Assembly (NCBI GenBank): GCA_902613995.1
Contig: CACMJG010000001.1
Coordinates: 19,751-83,750 of the forward strand
DNA from: an uncultured Alphaproteobacteria bacterium
Lineage (GTDB): Bacteria; Pseudomonadota; Alphaproteobacteria; Methylaequorales; Methylaequoraceae
DNA length: 64,000 nt
Direction of reading: 5' to 3'
Part shown: one piece after another, positions 36,455 to 45,778 of the stretch
How the letters are laid out: the number at the start of each line of letters is the position of its first letter
Numbering within the stretch: position 1 is the first letter of the stretch
Program-made: the position numbers and the translations under genes
Notes under the pieces: model-generated
Databases searched by the model: none
The model's input: the letters and a program-made list of their open reading frames with translations, nothing else
What the model was told of the DNA's origin: nothing

Positions 36455-37631
36455 ATTGATTTCAGAAAATGTTATTAAATCCAAAACTCTAGAGACAATC
36501 AAAACTGATAATTCAAATAATAGGATTCTTGGGAGAGATTATTATTCAAAACTTAATCTTCCCAAAAATAATTTATCTGCAATGGATGGGGCCATAATTT
36601 ATAAGAAAGAAAAGAACTTAAAACTAAAAATAATTGGTGAATCAAAAGCTGGAGATAAGAAAGCGAAAAATTTTAAAATTGGGGAATGTAAATTGGTTTA
36701 TACAGGTGCTCCTGTATTTGGAAACGATAAACAAGTCATTCCAAGAGAAAACTTCGAAATAAAAGAAAATTATTTGATTATTAATACACTTTCAAATGAA
36801 TCATTTATTAGAAAAAAGTCTTCAGACTTAATTAAAAATAAGAAATATCTTTACTGCAACGAAGTTATTAATATTAGAACAATAGCTTTAGCTAAATCCA
36901 TGAAGTTAAATTATTTAAAAGTTATAAAAAGGCCTAAAGTTTTAGTAATTTGTACCGGCGATGAATTAATTAACGAAAAAAATAAACCAAGTCTTGTTGT
37001 CTCAACTAATAATATTTTTATAAAACATTTTGTTGAATTATTTGGAGGAGAAATTGTTAACATTCACTTCTCAAAAGATAACCAAACTGAATTTAAAAAA
37101 AAATTTAAATCATCAAAAAATTTTGATTTATTAATTACTAGTGGTGGTATATCACGAGGAAAGTACGATATAGTTAAAGAATCCCTTAAAGAATTTGGGT
37201 TAAAAATATTGTTTGACAGGGTAGCAATTAAACCTGGAAAACCAACAACATTTGGCAAATTAGGAAAAAAAAAGTTCTTTTTAGGATTACCTGGGAATCC
37301 AGTTTCATGTTTTATGTCATTGACAAATTTTCTTCCAATATACATGAACTCTTATTTCGGGAAAAAAATTGTAAATTTAAAATTTATTGAATTTCAGTCA
37401 AAATTTTTTATCGAAAAAAACAAAAATTTAACTTTATTTCAGAGAGTTGTTATCAAAAATAAAAAATTTGAAATTATTAAAAATCAAGATAGTTCTTTAA
37501 TTAATATGCTAAAAGTATCAAATGGCATTTTAATTAGAAACCCATATTCTAAATCTATTAAACCAAATGAAAAAATAAAAATACTTGTCTATGATGATAT
37601 AGATAATCAAAAACTCTTGACAAGTTGGTAG
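36429..37631 (+). CDS. moeA: Molybdopterin molybdenumtransferase MoeA
   Basis: It contains LSAMDGAI, TSGGISRGKYD, KPGKP and LPGNPVS. The ORF opens at 36402, but the Met at 36429 (MIRYTKALKLI...) fits the family N-terminus. Its stop codon TAG abuts the lexA SOS box. Confidence 0.85.
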   Translation: MIRYTKALKLISENVIKSKTLETIKTDNSNNRILGRDYYSKLNLPKNNLSAMDGAIIYKKEKNLKLKIIGESKAGDKKAKNFKIGECKLVYTGAPVFGNDKQVIPRENFEIKENYLIINTLSNESFIRKKSSDLIKNKKYLYCNEVINIRTIALAKSMKLNYLKVIKRPKVLVICTGDELINEKNKPSLVVSTNNIFIKHFVELFGGEIVNIHFSKDNQTEFKKKFKSSKNFDLLITSGGISRGKYDIVKESLKEFGLKILFDRVAIKPGKPTTFGKLGKKKFFLGLPGNPVSCFMSLTNFLPIYMNSYFGKKIVNLKFIEFQSKFFIEKNKNLTLFQRVVIKNKKFEIIKNQDSSLINMLKVSNGILIRNPYSKSIKPNEKIKILVYDDIDNQKLLTSW

Positions 37632-37645
37632 AACGCATGTAGAAC
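37617..37645 (+). promoter_or_regulatory. Candidate lexA promoter: perfect -35 TTGACA, 17-nt spacer, -10 TAGAAC, 7 nt before the ATG
   Basis: TTGACA (37617-37622), spacer agttggtagaacgcatg, TAGAAC (37640-37645), attatga, ATG (37653). The -35 lies inside the 3' end of moeA. No Shine-Dalgarno sequence is present. Confidence 0.6.
37631..37645 (+). promoter_or_regulatory. Alphaproteobacterial-type LexA operator (SOS box) GAAC-N7-GAAC in front of lexA (autoregulation)
   Basis: The sequence is GAACgcatgtaGAAC. The first G is the last base of the moeA TAG stop. The second half-site forms part of the -10 hexamer. Confidence 0.8.
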
Positions 37646-37652
37646 ATTATGA

Positions 37653-38267
37653 ATGCTAACAATTAAACAAAAAAAACTTTTGGACTATATTAAATCATAC
37701 TATAAAGATAAAGACTTATTTCCTACATTTGACGAAATGAAAGACAATTTAAGTATTAAATCAAAATCTGGTATCTATAAACTACTATCTAGCCTTGAAG
37801 ACAAAGGATTCATAAGAAAAACACCTCACAAAGCTAGAGCAATAGAATTAAATGATTTTAGAAAAAATAGTATCGAAATTAATAAAACAAATCTACCTTT
37901 TTTGGGACGAATAGCTGCTGGAAACCCGATAGAAGCAATAACTGGAAGTTTCGAACAAATATCAGTACCAAACTATCTAATTAATAACAAAAAAGAACAT
38001 TTTACCTTGGAAGTTAATGGAGATTCTATGATTGATGAAGGAATCTACGATGGGGATATTGTTGTAATAAGTAAAACAAATTTAGCAGAAACAGGTGATA
38101 TAGTTGTTGCATTAATTGATGAAAATGAAGTCACATTAAAAAAATTTAGATCTTTCAAAAATTCTATAGCTCTTGAACCTTCGAATAAAAATTATAAGAC
38201 CAGAATTTTTGGAAAAGATAGAGTAAAGATACAAGGGAAATTAGTAGGTCTAATTAGAAAATTCTAA
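37653..38267 (+). CDS. lexA: SOS repressor LexA
   Basis: 204 aa. It has an N-terminal winged HTH, the cleavage site GRIAA|GNPIEA, Ser in GDSM and Lys in TLKKF. Confidence 0.93.
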   Translation: MLTIKQKKLLDYIKSYYKDKDLFPTFDEMKDNLSIKSKSGIYKLLSSLEDKGFIRKTPHKARAIELNDFRKNSIEINKTNLPFLGRIAAGNPIEAITGSFEQISVPNYLINNKKEHFTLEVNGDSMIDEGIYDGDIVVISKTNLAETGDIVVALIDENEVTLKKFRSFKNSIALEPSNKNYKTRIFGKDRVKIQGKLVGLIRKF

Positions 38268-38288
38268 TAAATTCTCACTTAAACTTAA

Positions 38289-39644
38289 ATGACTGTTATA
38301 ACCAGATTTGCTCCTTCCCCTACTGGTGCCTTACATCTTGGAGGTGCAAGAACAGCTCTATTCAATTACCTTTATGCGAAAAAAAATAATGGTAAATTTC
38401 GACTGAGAATTGAGGATACTGATAAAAGTAGAAATACTGGAGAATCAATAGAATCTATAACTAAAAGTCTTGAATGGTTAGGACTTCAAGTTGACGATGA
38501 TGTAATCTATCAGAGTGAAAATCAGACTGAGCATCTTCAGATTGCAGAATCGCTATTAGCAAAAGGTTTGGCTTATAAATGTTTTCACGACAAAGAATAC
38601 ATACAACAATTTAGCAATTCAAAGAAAAAATTTTTCAGTGAGTGGAGAGAAAAACAAAATAAAATTCCTTCAAATAAAGATTTTTGTATTCGGATTAAGT
38701 CTCCTGTAAACCATAATCATGTTATAAAAGACAAAATACAAGGTAATGTCAAAGTAAATGCAAATGAAATAGACGATTACATAATAATTAGAAGTGATGG
38801 AACACCTACTTTTTTATTGTCATCAGCTGTGGACGACTTCAAAATGAAAATAACAGATATAATTAGAGGTGATGATCATTTAACTAATTCTTTTAGACAG
38901 AAAATTATATTTGAATTTTTAAACTATAAACCTAATTTTGCCCATATTTCATTAATTCATAACAAAGATAACCAAAAGATGTCAAAAAGGGATAGCTCAA
39001 CTTCATTGATTGATTATAAAATAAAGGGATATCTACCTGAAGCGATTATTAACTATTTAGCTCGTTTAGGATGGTCGTACGGCGATGAAGAAATATTTTC
39101 TCTTGATTTTTTAAAGAATAACTTTGATCTAAATAACCTTGGAAGATCACCAGCACGATATGATGAAAAAAAATTAAATTTTCTTAATAACTTTTATATT
39201 AAGAAAATGAATAATAAAGAGATATTTGATTATCTTGAAGAAAATGATGAACAATTAAAAAATATTGACTTTTTCAGTCAAAATGAGTTAATTGAACTTA
39301 TTAGTATTTTTAAAGATAGATCGTCATCTTTAAATGAAATCACTTCCAATGTTTTGCAAATGACCTCTGTCAAAGACAAATTTACAAATGAGGAAAAACT
39401 TATTCTTGAAAACTTTGAAAAATATAAACCATCAATTTGCGATAAGTTTTCAAGTATTATTAAATGGGATGAGTTTAATATAGAAAATAAAATAAAAGAA
39501 GTAGTTGAACATTACCAGATAGATTTTAAGTCGATTGGACAACCACTTAGATTACTAATTACAGGAAGTTTATTTGGCCCATCTTTGTCGAAAATTATTA
39601 AAGTCTTGGGTATACAAAAAACAATTGAAAGAATTAATCGATAA
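38289..39644 (+). CDS. gltX: Glutamyl-tRNA synthetase
   Basis: 451 aa. It contains [22 protein letters not shown] (the HIGH region) and KMSKRD (the KMSKS motif). Confidence 0.93.
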   Translation: MTVITRFAPSPTGALHLGGARTALFNYLYAKKNNGKFRLRIEDTDKSRNTGESIESITKSLEWLGLQVDDDVIYQSENQTEHLQIAESLLAKGLAYKCFHDKEYIQQFSNSKKKFFSEWREKQNKIPSNKDFCIRIKSPVNHNHVIKDKIQGNVKVNANEIDDYIIIRSDGTPTFLLSSAVDDFKMKITDIIRGDDHLTNSFRQKIIFEFLNYKPNFAHISLIHNKDNQKMSKRDSSTSLIDYKIKGYLPEAIINYLARLGWSYGDEEIFSLDFLKNNFDLNNLGRSPARYDEKKLNFLNNFYIKKMNNKEIFDYLEENDEQLKNIDFFSQNELIELISIFKDRSSSLNEITSNVLQMTSVKDKFTNEEKLILENFEKYKPSICDKFSSIIKWDEFNIENKIKEVVEHYQIDFKSIGQPLRLLITGSLFGPSLSKIIKVLGIQKTIERINR

Positions 39645-39654
39645 ATTTTTTATA

Positions 39655-40986
39655 ATGAAGAAAAAAACGTTAACAATTAAAGATAATAGAAATGGAAAAG
39701 TTTACGAGTTTGATGTGAAAGATGGGTCCTGTGGACCTGCAGTTGCTGATCTTTCATCCTTCTACGAGAAAACAGGTATGTTTGTATACGATCCTGGTTT
39801 TAAGTCTACAGCTAGTTGCGAGTCAAAGATTACCTTTATAGACGGGGAAAAAGGAATTCTTTTACATAGAGGTTATAAAATAGAAGATCTCGCTGAAAAT
39901 TCAGATTATCCAGAAGTATGTTATCTTTTACTTAATGGTGATCTTCCAAGTAAGGAAAATAAAAAAAAATTTATCAATATATTAACACATCATACAATGT
40001 TACATGAGCAGATATTACGTTTTTATAGCGGGTTTAGACGGGATTCTCATCCAATGGCAGTAATGGTAGGTATTGTAGGAGCATTATCCTCTTTTTATCC
40101 TGAAAAAAAATATGACTTCTCAACTAATAAGGGTAAATGGGTTGCAGTTAGTCGTCTTCTTGCAAAGCTTCCAACAATGGCAGCAATGGCATATAAATAC
40201 TCATTAGGACAGCCTTTTATTTATCCTAAGAATGAGTTATCATACAGTGAAAATTTTCTTCATATGCTTTTTTCAACACCATGTGGCGAATACAAGCCCA
40301 CTAAAGCTAGTGTAGATGCTTTAGATAAACTATTAATCTTGCATGCCGACCATGAACAAAATGCATCTACATCTACGGTAAAAATTGCAGGATCCTCTGG
40401 AGCAAACCCTTTTGCTTGTGTCGCAGCAGGAGTTGCGTCTTTGTGGGGACCCGCTCATGGAGGTGCGAATGAATCGGTTATCAGTATGTTAAAAACAATT
40501 GGTAAAGAGGAAAATATTGAAAAATATATTAAAAAAGCCAAAGATATTAATGATCCCTTTAGACTTATGGGGTTTGGGCATAGAGTTTATAAAAATCATG
40601 ATCCAAGAGCAACCGTTTTAAGAAAATACTGTCATAATCTCTTAAATGAGGTAGATAATTTTAATATATCTCTATTTAAACTTGCTACCAAACTTGAAAA
40701 AATTGCTCTCAATGATGAATATTTCATTAAAAGAAAGCTTTATCCGAATGTCGACTTTTACTCAGGAATTATTCTAAAAGCTCTGGGTTTACCAGAATCT
40801 ATGTTTACTGTAATCTTTGCAGTTGCAAGAACAGTTGGGTGGATTTCTCAGTGGAAGGAAATGACTGAAAGCGAAAACAGGATTAGTAGACCAAGGCAAC
40901 TTTATAACGGAAAAGACAACAGAGAATTTGTAAAAATTAATGACAGAAAAAATATACAGAAAATGTTCCCTTTACAAGTTGATTAA
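39655..40986 (+). CDS. gltA: Citrate synthase (type II)
   Basis: It contains [25 protein letters not shown] and PNVDFYSG. The ORF opens at 39574 inside gltX, but the Met at 39655 ([19 protein letters not shown]) is the plausible start. Confidence 0.95.
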   Translation: MKKKTLTIKDNRNGKVYEFDVKDGSCGPAVADLSSFYEKTGMFVYDPGFKSTASCESKITFIDGEKGILLHRGYKIEDLAENSDYPEVCYLLLNGDLPSKENKKKFINILTHHTMLHEQILRFYSGFRRDSHPMAVMVGIVGALSSFYPEKKYDFSTNKGKWVAVSRLLAKLPTMAAMAYKYSLGQPFIYPKNELSYSENFLHMLFSTPCGEYKPTKASVDALDKLLILHADHEQNASTSTVKIAGSSGANPFACVAAGVASLWGPAHGGANESVISMLKTIGKEENIEKYIKKAKDINDPFRLMGFGHRVYKNHDPRATVLRKYCHNLLNEVDNFNISLFKLATKLEKIALNDEYFIKRKLYPNVDFYSGIILKALGLPESMFTVIFAVARTVGWISQWKEMTESENRISRPRQLYNGKDNREFVKINDRKNIQKMFPLQVD

Positions 40987-40988
40987 AA

Positions 40989-42077
40989 TTAAATTTTTAA
41001 TTTATTAATAATCAAAGCAGAAGGATTCTTGTTATTAACAAGCATTTTTTTTTGAAAATTCTCAAAATGTTTAATTTGATTTGACCTAAGATCCTTTTTC
41101 TTTATGAAATTTTTCATGGTACCAATTATATTTTTTGAATTAAACTGGTTAAATAAAAATTCAGGTATAACTTCCTTTTTATAAACAATATTTATCAAAG
41201 AAGCATAATTTACTTTTACAAATAATTTAAGTATAGATTTTGTCAACCAATGTGTTTCATAAAAAACTAATGTTGGTACTTTATATTTAATCAATTCCAA
41301 AGTTACAGAACCAGAAGCAGCTACCGCTAAATATGTTTCTCTCATTATTTGATGTTTTTTTGTATAATCAGAAATAATTTTTATTTTTTTTGATTTTATA
41401 ATTTCTTTTATGTATTTAGCCTGGTCGTTTAGCGTTAATATAAATATGTCAAATTCAGAAAAAATCTTTTCAGACTTAATTATTATCTCTTGAAGTTTTT
41501 TCATATTATTTTTAATCTCAATCGTCCTAGAACCTGGGAAAAAAGATATGTATTTTTTTTTTTTTTTTATAACTGTTTTATCAAAAAAAATTTGATGACC
41601 AACAAAATCTGTTTCAAGCCCAAATTTTGTAAAATATTTTGGTTCAAAATCAAATAAAGTGAACATTTGGTCATACAATTCGGAGAAAATCCTGGCTCTA
41701 CCGGGTTTCCAAGCCCAGACGGTTGGTGCAACATAATGAATAAATTTGGTTCTTTTTCTTAAGCATTGAAGTTTCTTAACGATCCTATAACTAAAACTTG
41801 GAGAATCAATTGTAATTAAGATATCAGGGTTAAAATCTAAAATTTTTTTTCGCACAAATTTGAAAAGTTTTAAAAATTTTGAAATTCTTATTAATACTTC
41901 AAAAATACCAATTGCATTGAACTGATTAATTTGAACCCACGATTGAAAACCCTCCTCTTTCATTTGTTCTCCACCAACACCTGAAATTACTGCTTTTTTA
42001 TTTTTTTTTAGTTTTTGGATTAATTTTGCACCTAAAAAATCACCTGAGGGCTCAGTAGCCAAAATTATTATTCTCAC
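40989..42077 (-). CDS. lpxB: Lipid-A-disaccharide synthase
   Basis: 362 aa. It begins MRIIILATEPSGD and contains YVAPTVWAWKPGR. It is the last gene of the lpx cluster and contains an A16 run (41553-41568). Confidence 0.9.
   Translation of the reverse strand: MRIIILATEPSGDFLGAKLIQKLKKNKKAVISGVGGEQMKEEGFQSWVQINQFNAIGIFEVLIRISKFLKLFKFVRKKILDFNPDILITIDSPSFSYRIVKKLQCLRKRTKFIHYVAPTVWAWKPGRARIFSELYDQMFTLFDFEPKYFTKFGLETDFVGHQIFFDKTVIKKKKKYISFFPGSRTIEIKNNMKKLQEIIIKSEKIFSEFDIFILTLNDQAKYIKEIIKSKKIKIISDYTKKHQIMRETYLAVAASGSVTLELIKYKVPTLVFYETHWLTKSILKLFVKVNYASLINIVYKKEVIPEFLFNQFNSKNIIGTMKNFIKKKDLRSNQIKHFENFQKKMLVNNKNPSALIINKLKI
41553..41568 (-). repeat. 16-nt poly(A) run on the coding strand of lpxB (encodes KKKKK)
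   Basis: A T16 run was read directly on the plus strand. It is in frame as ATA AAA AAA AAA AAA AAA TAC. Confidence 0.95.
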
Positions 42078-42080
42078 AAT

Positions 42081-42893
42081 TCACACTCCATATAAAAAAA
42101 TATTATTTTGCTTACAATAATCCAGAATTTCCTGTTTATTAATAAACAAAGTTTTATTTGCTGAATAAGCAATACCGGAAATACCTGATTTGTTACAATT
42201 CTTTAGTGTTTTAACCCCAATTGTAGGTAAATCTGCCTTTAAATTTTGTTTCACTTTGGCAAGCTTAACTAAAATTGATTTTTCATTTTTTTTTAAATAA
42301 TTATATGAATCTTTTATAAGCTTATCTGTTCCTTGAACTGCTTCAATTCCTATAACATTCCCAGATTGAATAACAAGTGACTGTCCAATATCAAATTTAG
42401 AGATACAATCAAGAATTGTTTTTCCTTTATTAATATCATCTATTATTCTTTTTGATAATGTAATTTTAGTAATATTACCTGAACTTAAGAAATTTTCAGG
42501 AATTATTTTCCGAAGATCTAAAACATTAAATCCAATATTATTTAAATAATTAATACAAAAATTTAGAAGATTGTTATCACCACCTTTAAACAAAATCTTT
42601 ACAAACTTTGGGATAATCTTGGCAGAGTTTAAATCTGGTTTTATGTCGCTAATACTTGGTCTTTTTATGTTCCCAACTAAAGCAACATGATTAAAACCCA
42701 TATTCTTAAGTTTCAATAACTCCGTGATTATTCTTCCAAAATTTATTAATTTATGGTTTTTTTTTAAAATAATTTTAGAAACTGGATTTTTCTCAAATAT
42801 CAAACAAAAAAATGTAATTTTCTTGTTTATCAATTTTCTAATGACTTCAAGAGGGAGATCTCCTCCTCCGGTTAACAAAATAATTTTTTTCAT
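42081..42893 (-). CDS. lpxI: UDP-2,3-diacylglucosamine pyrophosphatase LpxI (DUF1009 family)
   Basis: 270 aa. It begins KKIILLTGGGDLPLEV. It lies between lpxA and lpxB, which is the alphaproteobacterial replacement for LpxH. Confidence 0.8.
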   Translation of the reverse strand: MKKIILLTGGGDLPLEVIRKLINKKITFFCLIFEKNPVSKIILKKNHKLINFGRIITELLKLKNMGFNHVALVGNIKRPSISDIKPDLNSAKIIPKFVKILFKGGDNNLLNFCINYLNNIGFNVLDLRKIIPENFLSSGNITKITLSKRIIDDINKGKTILDCISKFDIGQSLVIQSGNVIGIEAVQGTDKLIKDSYNYLKKNEKSILVKLAKVKQNLKADLPTIGVKTLKNCNKSGISGIAYSANKTLFINKQEILDYCKQNNIFLYGV

Positions 42894-42898
42894 TTAAC

Positions 42899-43675
42899 TC
42901 ATGGCATAGTAAACGAACGTTTAGATTTGGATTCAAGGAAGTTTAGAATTGAATCTACAGTGTATAGATTTAATTTTTTTTTTTTTATATCGAGAATTCT
43001 ATCATTTAACGTCTTATTTTCGCTGAAAAAAATATATTTAAATACTTTTCTTAATTCAGTTATCTCGTTTTTATCAAAATTGTTTCTTTTTAATCCAACA
43101 AGATTTAAACCACTTAGTTTAGCTCTATTACCCATAACTGTCGAAAAAGGGATAACATCAGCAGTGACGCCAGACATTCCACCAATCATCGCACCTTCTC
43201 CAATCCGGCTAAATTGATGAATTGCACTAAGAGCACCCACAACAACATTGTTTTCAATAATTACATGCCCAGCAAGCGTAGAATGGTTTGCAAATATGAT
43301 ATCATTCCCAACTATACAATCGTGGGCAATGTGAGTTCCAACCATTAATAAACAATTTTTACCAATTTTCGTTATTCCCCCCCCCCCTTTAGTTCCTAGA
43401 TTGATCGTAACAAATTCTCTTATTTTGCAATTTTCATCAATCAATATTTTTGTATTTTCCCCTTTATATTTTAAATCTTGAGGAATTGATCCAATTGAAA
43501 CAAAAGGAAAAATTTCAACGTTACTTTTGATTTTTACATTTCCATCTATCATAACATTGCTATGGATAATGCAATCGTCATCTATTGACACATTGGCTCC
43601 AATGGTACAAAAAGAACCAATTTTTACATTCTTTCCAATTTTACTATCTTTATGAATGACAGAATTACGAGTCAT
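42899..43675 (-). CDS. lpxA: UDP-N-acetylglucosamine acyltransferase
   Basis: 258 aa. It has left-handed beta-helix hexapeptide repeats and GTKGGGGITKIG. It contains a G11 tract and an A13 tract. Confidence 0.93.
   Translation of the reverse strand: MTRNSVIHKDSKIGKNVKIGSFCTIGANVSIDDDCIIHSNVMIDGNVKIKSNVEIFPFVSIGSIPQDLKYKGENTKILIDENCKIREFVTINLGTKGGGGITKIGKNCLLMVGTHIAHDCIVGNDIIFANHSTLAGHVIIENNVVVGALSAIHQFSRIGEGAMIGGMSGVTADVIPFSTVMGNRAKLSGLNLVGLKRNNFDKNEITELRKVFKYIFFSENKTLNDRILDIKKKKLNLYTVDSILNFLESKSKRSFTMP
43377..43387 (-). repeat. 11-nt poly(G) homopolymer on the coding strand of lpxA (AAA GGG GGG GGG GGA, encoding KGGGG)
   Basis: A C11 run was read directly on the plus strand. The next longest G/C run I saw in the window is G7 (5105-5111). 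Confidence 0.95.
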
Positions 43676-43740
43676 AATTTTTTATAGATTAATATGGTGG
43701 ATGTCACAAATAATAAATAATTACAAATTATTACAACGAA

Positions 43741-44193
43741 TTAAATTACAGAGTTAATGATAGCTGATACCTCTGCTTCAGCGACTAATTTTTCATTTAC
43801 AAAAGAAGTACATTTAAATTTCCAGATATTTTTGACATTTTGCTTTTTAACAACTCTGTGAAATAAAGTGTCCCCTGGACATACGGGCTTTCTAAATTTA
43901 GCTTTATCAACGGTTAACAAGTATACTGAAATATTTTCTTGATTTTTTTTAAGACTGTACATGACTAAAGTACCAGCGGATTGAGCCATCGATTCAATAA
44001 TAAGTGCACCAGGCATCACTGACATCGATTCAAAATGACCTTGAAAAAAATTTTCATTAAATGTTACATTTTTGACGCCTACCGCACTTTCTTTTGGAAT
44101 TATATCTGTAAGTTTATCGATGAGAAGAAATGGATATCTATGAGGTATTAATTTTTTTATTTCCTCAATATTAAGTTCATTTTTTTTTGTCAT
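43741..44193 (-). CDS. fabZ: 3-hydroxyacyl-ACP dehydratase
   Basis: 150 aa. It contains LIPHRYPFLLIDK and FFQGHF. Confidence 0.93.
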   Translation of the reverse strand: MTKKNELNIEEIKKLIPHRYPFLLIDKLTDIIPKESAVGVKNVTFNENFFQGHFESMSVMPGALIIESMAQSAGTLVMYSLKKNQENISVYLLTVDKAKFRKPVCPGDTLFHRVVKKQNVKNIWKFKCTSFVNEKLVAEAEVSAIINSVI

Positions 44194-45181
44194 TTTGTCT
44201 TAAGTTTTTTAAAATAATTGTATTTCTGTGCCAGTCAAATATTTTTTCAGACGGATAACCAGCAATTACTTCATTATCATCAATATTTTTCATAATTCCT
44301 GTTTTTGCAGCAATCTTCACATTATTCCCGATTTTCAAATGTCCACTTATTCCAACTTGTCCGCCGATCATAACATTATTTCCAATTGTTGTACTTCCTG
44401 AAATTCCAGTCATTGCTGCTATTACACATTTTTGTCCTAGCTTTACATTGTGTCCTAAATGAACAATGTTATCAATCATACAATAATCGTTGATTTCGGT
44501 GTCACCAATTGAACCTCTGTCAATAGTTGAATTAGCACCTATCTCAACATTATTACCGATCATTACTCTACCAAGCTGAGGAATTTTTTTAAAAGTATTT
44601 TCATTCATTATGAATCCAAATCCTTCGCTACCTATTTTAACACCTTGATAAATTTTAACATTTTTTCCAATTATTGAAAAATAAATCGATACGTTATCAC
44701 CTATTAAACAGTTTTCACCTATCTTTACACCAGGCCCAATAATTGAATTACAACCAATTTCACAATTATCACCAATACTTGCGGACTTGTGGATAAAAAC
44801 ATTGGAAGATAATTTTACAGATTTGCTTAAACTTTTATTACAATCGATTGTATCAAAACTAAATTTAGGATAATCAGCTTCCGGATAAAATAATGCTGCA
44901 ACCTTTGCCATATCAAAATGAGGGTTTTTAGAAAAAATAATATTTTTTTCATTTGTAAGCTGTTTACTATCTTTAATAATAAAAGCCCCAGCGTCTGATT
45001 TATCATAGAAATCTTTATATTTATCAGAAACAAAGCAGATTTCGTTTTGATCTGCATCGTCAATTGGTGCAATATCAGAGATTATTTTTTCCTTATTACC
45101 AGTATATTTTGTATTAAGATATTCTGATATTTTGCTTAAAGTGAATGGGCCAGCATTTTTATAAAACGTTTTATCAACCAA
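44177..45181 (-). CDS. lpxD: UDP-3-O-acylglucosamine N-acyltransferase
   Basis: 334 aa. It has an LpxD N-domain followed by hexapeptide repeats. It overlaps fabZ by 17 nt. Confidence 0.9.
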   Translation of the reverse strand: MVDKTFYKNAGPFTLSKISEYLNTKYTGNKEKIISDIAPIDDADQNEICFVSDKYKDFYDKSDAGAFIIKDSKQLTNEKNIIFSKNPHFDMAKVAALFYPEADYPKFSFDTIDCNKSLSKSVKLSSNVFIHKSASIGDNCEIGCNSIIGPGVKIGENCLIGDNVSIYFSIIGKNVKIYQGVKIGSEGFGFIMNENTFKKIPQLGRVMIGNNVEIGANSTIDRGSIGDTEINDYCMIDNIVHLGHNVKLGQKCVIAAMTGISGSTTIGNNVMIGGQVGISGHLKIGNNVKIAAKTGIMKNIDDNEVIAGYPSEKIFDWHRNTIILKNLRQNDKKK

Positions 45182-45198
45182 TTGGTTTAATCCGTATA

Positions 45199-45759
45199 TT
45201 ATTTATCTAGTGAAATTTTTGGTAAAACTTTGTTTAATTGTTTTATAGCGTCATCTGTTAAATCAATATCTTTTCCTACAAGTATAACCTGACTTTTCGC
45301 GAGAACTAGATTTAATTGTTTCTCATTAGCAATTATAGACAAAACGTCAACTAATGCACCTTGGATTTTACCAGTTGATCTTTCAAATGCAGTTTCAAAT
45401 TTTTGTGCATCTGCTGCTTGTTTTCCTTTTAATTCGTTGATTTTTTTACCTAAAACTTTGACTTTCTCAGCGTAAGCTTCTTTTGAAAGAATATTTTTTT
45501 GCTTCAGTAGTTCACTTTCTTCATCTCTTATTATGTCTTCTTGCTTGGTGAAAGTATTTCTGTGCTTTCTTCTAACATCCTCAAATTGATCGACTAAACT
45601 TTGATATGCTTTAGACTGCGCAAGAATTTTTTTCATATCAACAACCCCGATACTTGAATTTATATTTTTAACTTCTGCTTTTTTAGTTTCATTTTTTTCC
45701 TGAGCATTTAAATTCATTCCAAGAAAGATAAAACAAAGTAAAATTACATATTTTTTCAT
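45199..45759 (-). CDS. skp: Periplasmic chaperone Skp (OmpH family)
   Basis: 186 aa. It has a signal peptide and a coiled-coil body rich in Lys, Glu and Gln. It lies between bamA and lpxD. Confidence 0.8.
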   Translation of the reverse strand: MKKYVILLCFIFLGMNLNAQEKNETKKAEVKNINSSIGVVDMKKILAQSKAYQSLVDQFEDVRRKHRNTFTKQEDIIRDEESELLKQKNILSKEAYAEKVKVLGKKINELKGKQAADAQKFETAFERSTGKIQGALVDVLSIIANEKQLNLVLAKSQVILVGKDIDLTDDAIKQLNKVLPKISLDK

Positions 45760-45778
45760 ATTGCTCCTTTATTTATAT

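Noticed and set aside
40986-41003. An A/T-only palindrome (AAATTAAA-TT-TTTAATTT) at the gltA/lpxB convergent junction, as a possible bidirectional terminator.
   Set aside because: The stem consists solely of A-U pairs with a 2-nt loop, so it would be very unstable. It overlaps the lpxB stop and C-terminal codons. Such palindromes are expected by chance in AT-rich DNA.
43676-43740. A 65-bp fabZ-lpxA spacer with imperfect tandem TGTAAT(A/T)ATT repeats and several -35/-10-like hexamers (for example GTGACA ... TATAAA).
   Set aside because: No hexamer combination has good spacing. The repeats are short and degenerate in an AT-rich context. An internal promoter here is plausible but not demonstrable from sequence alone.
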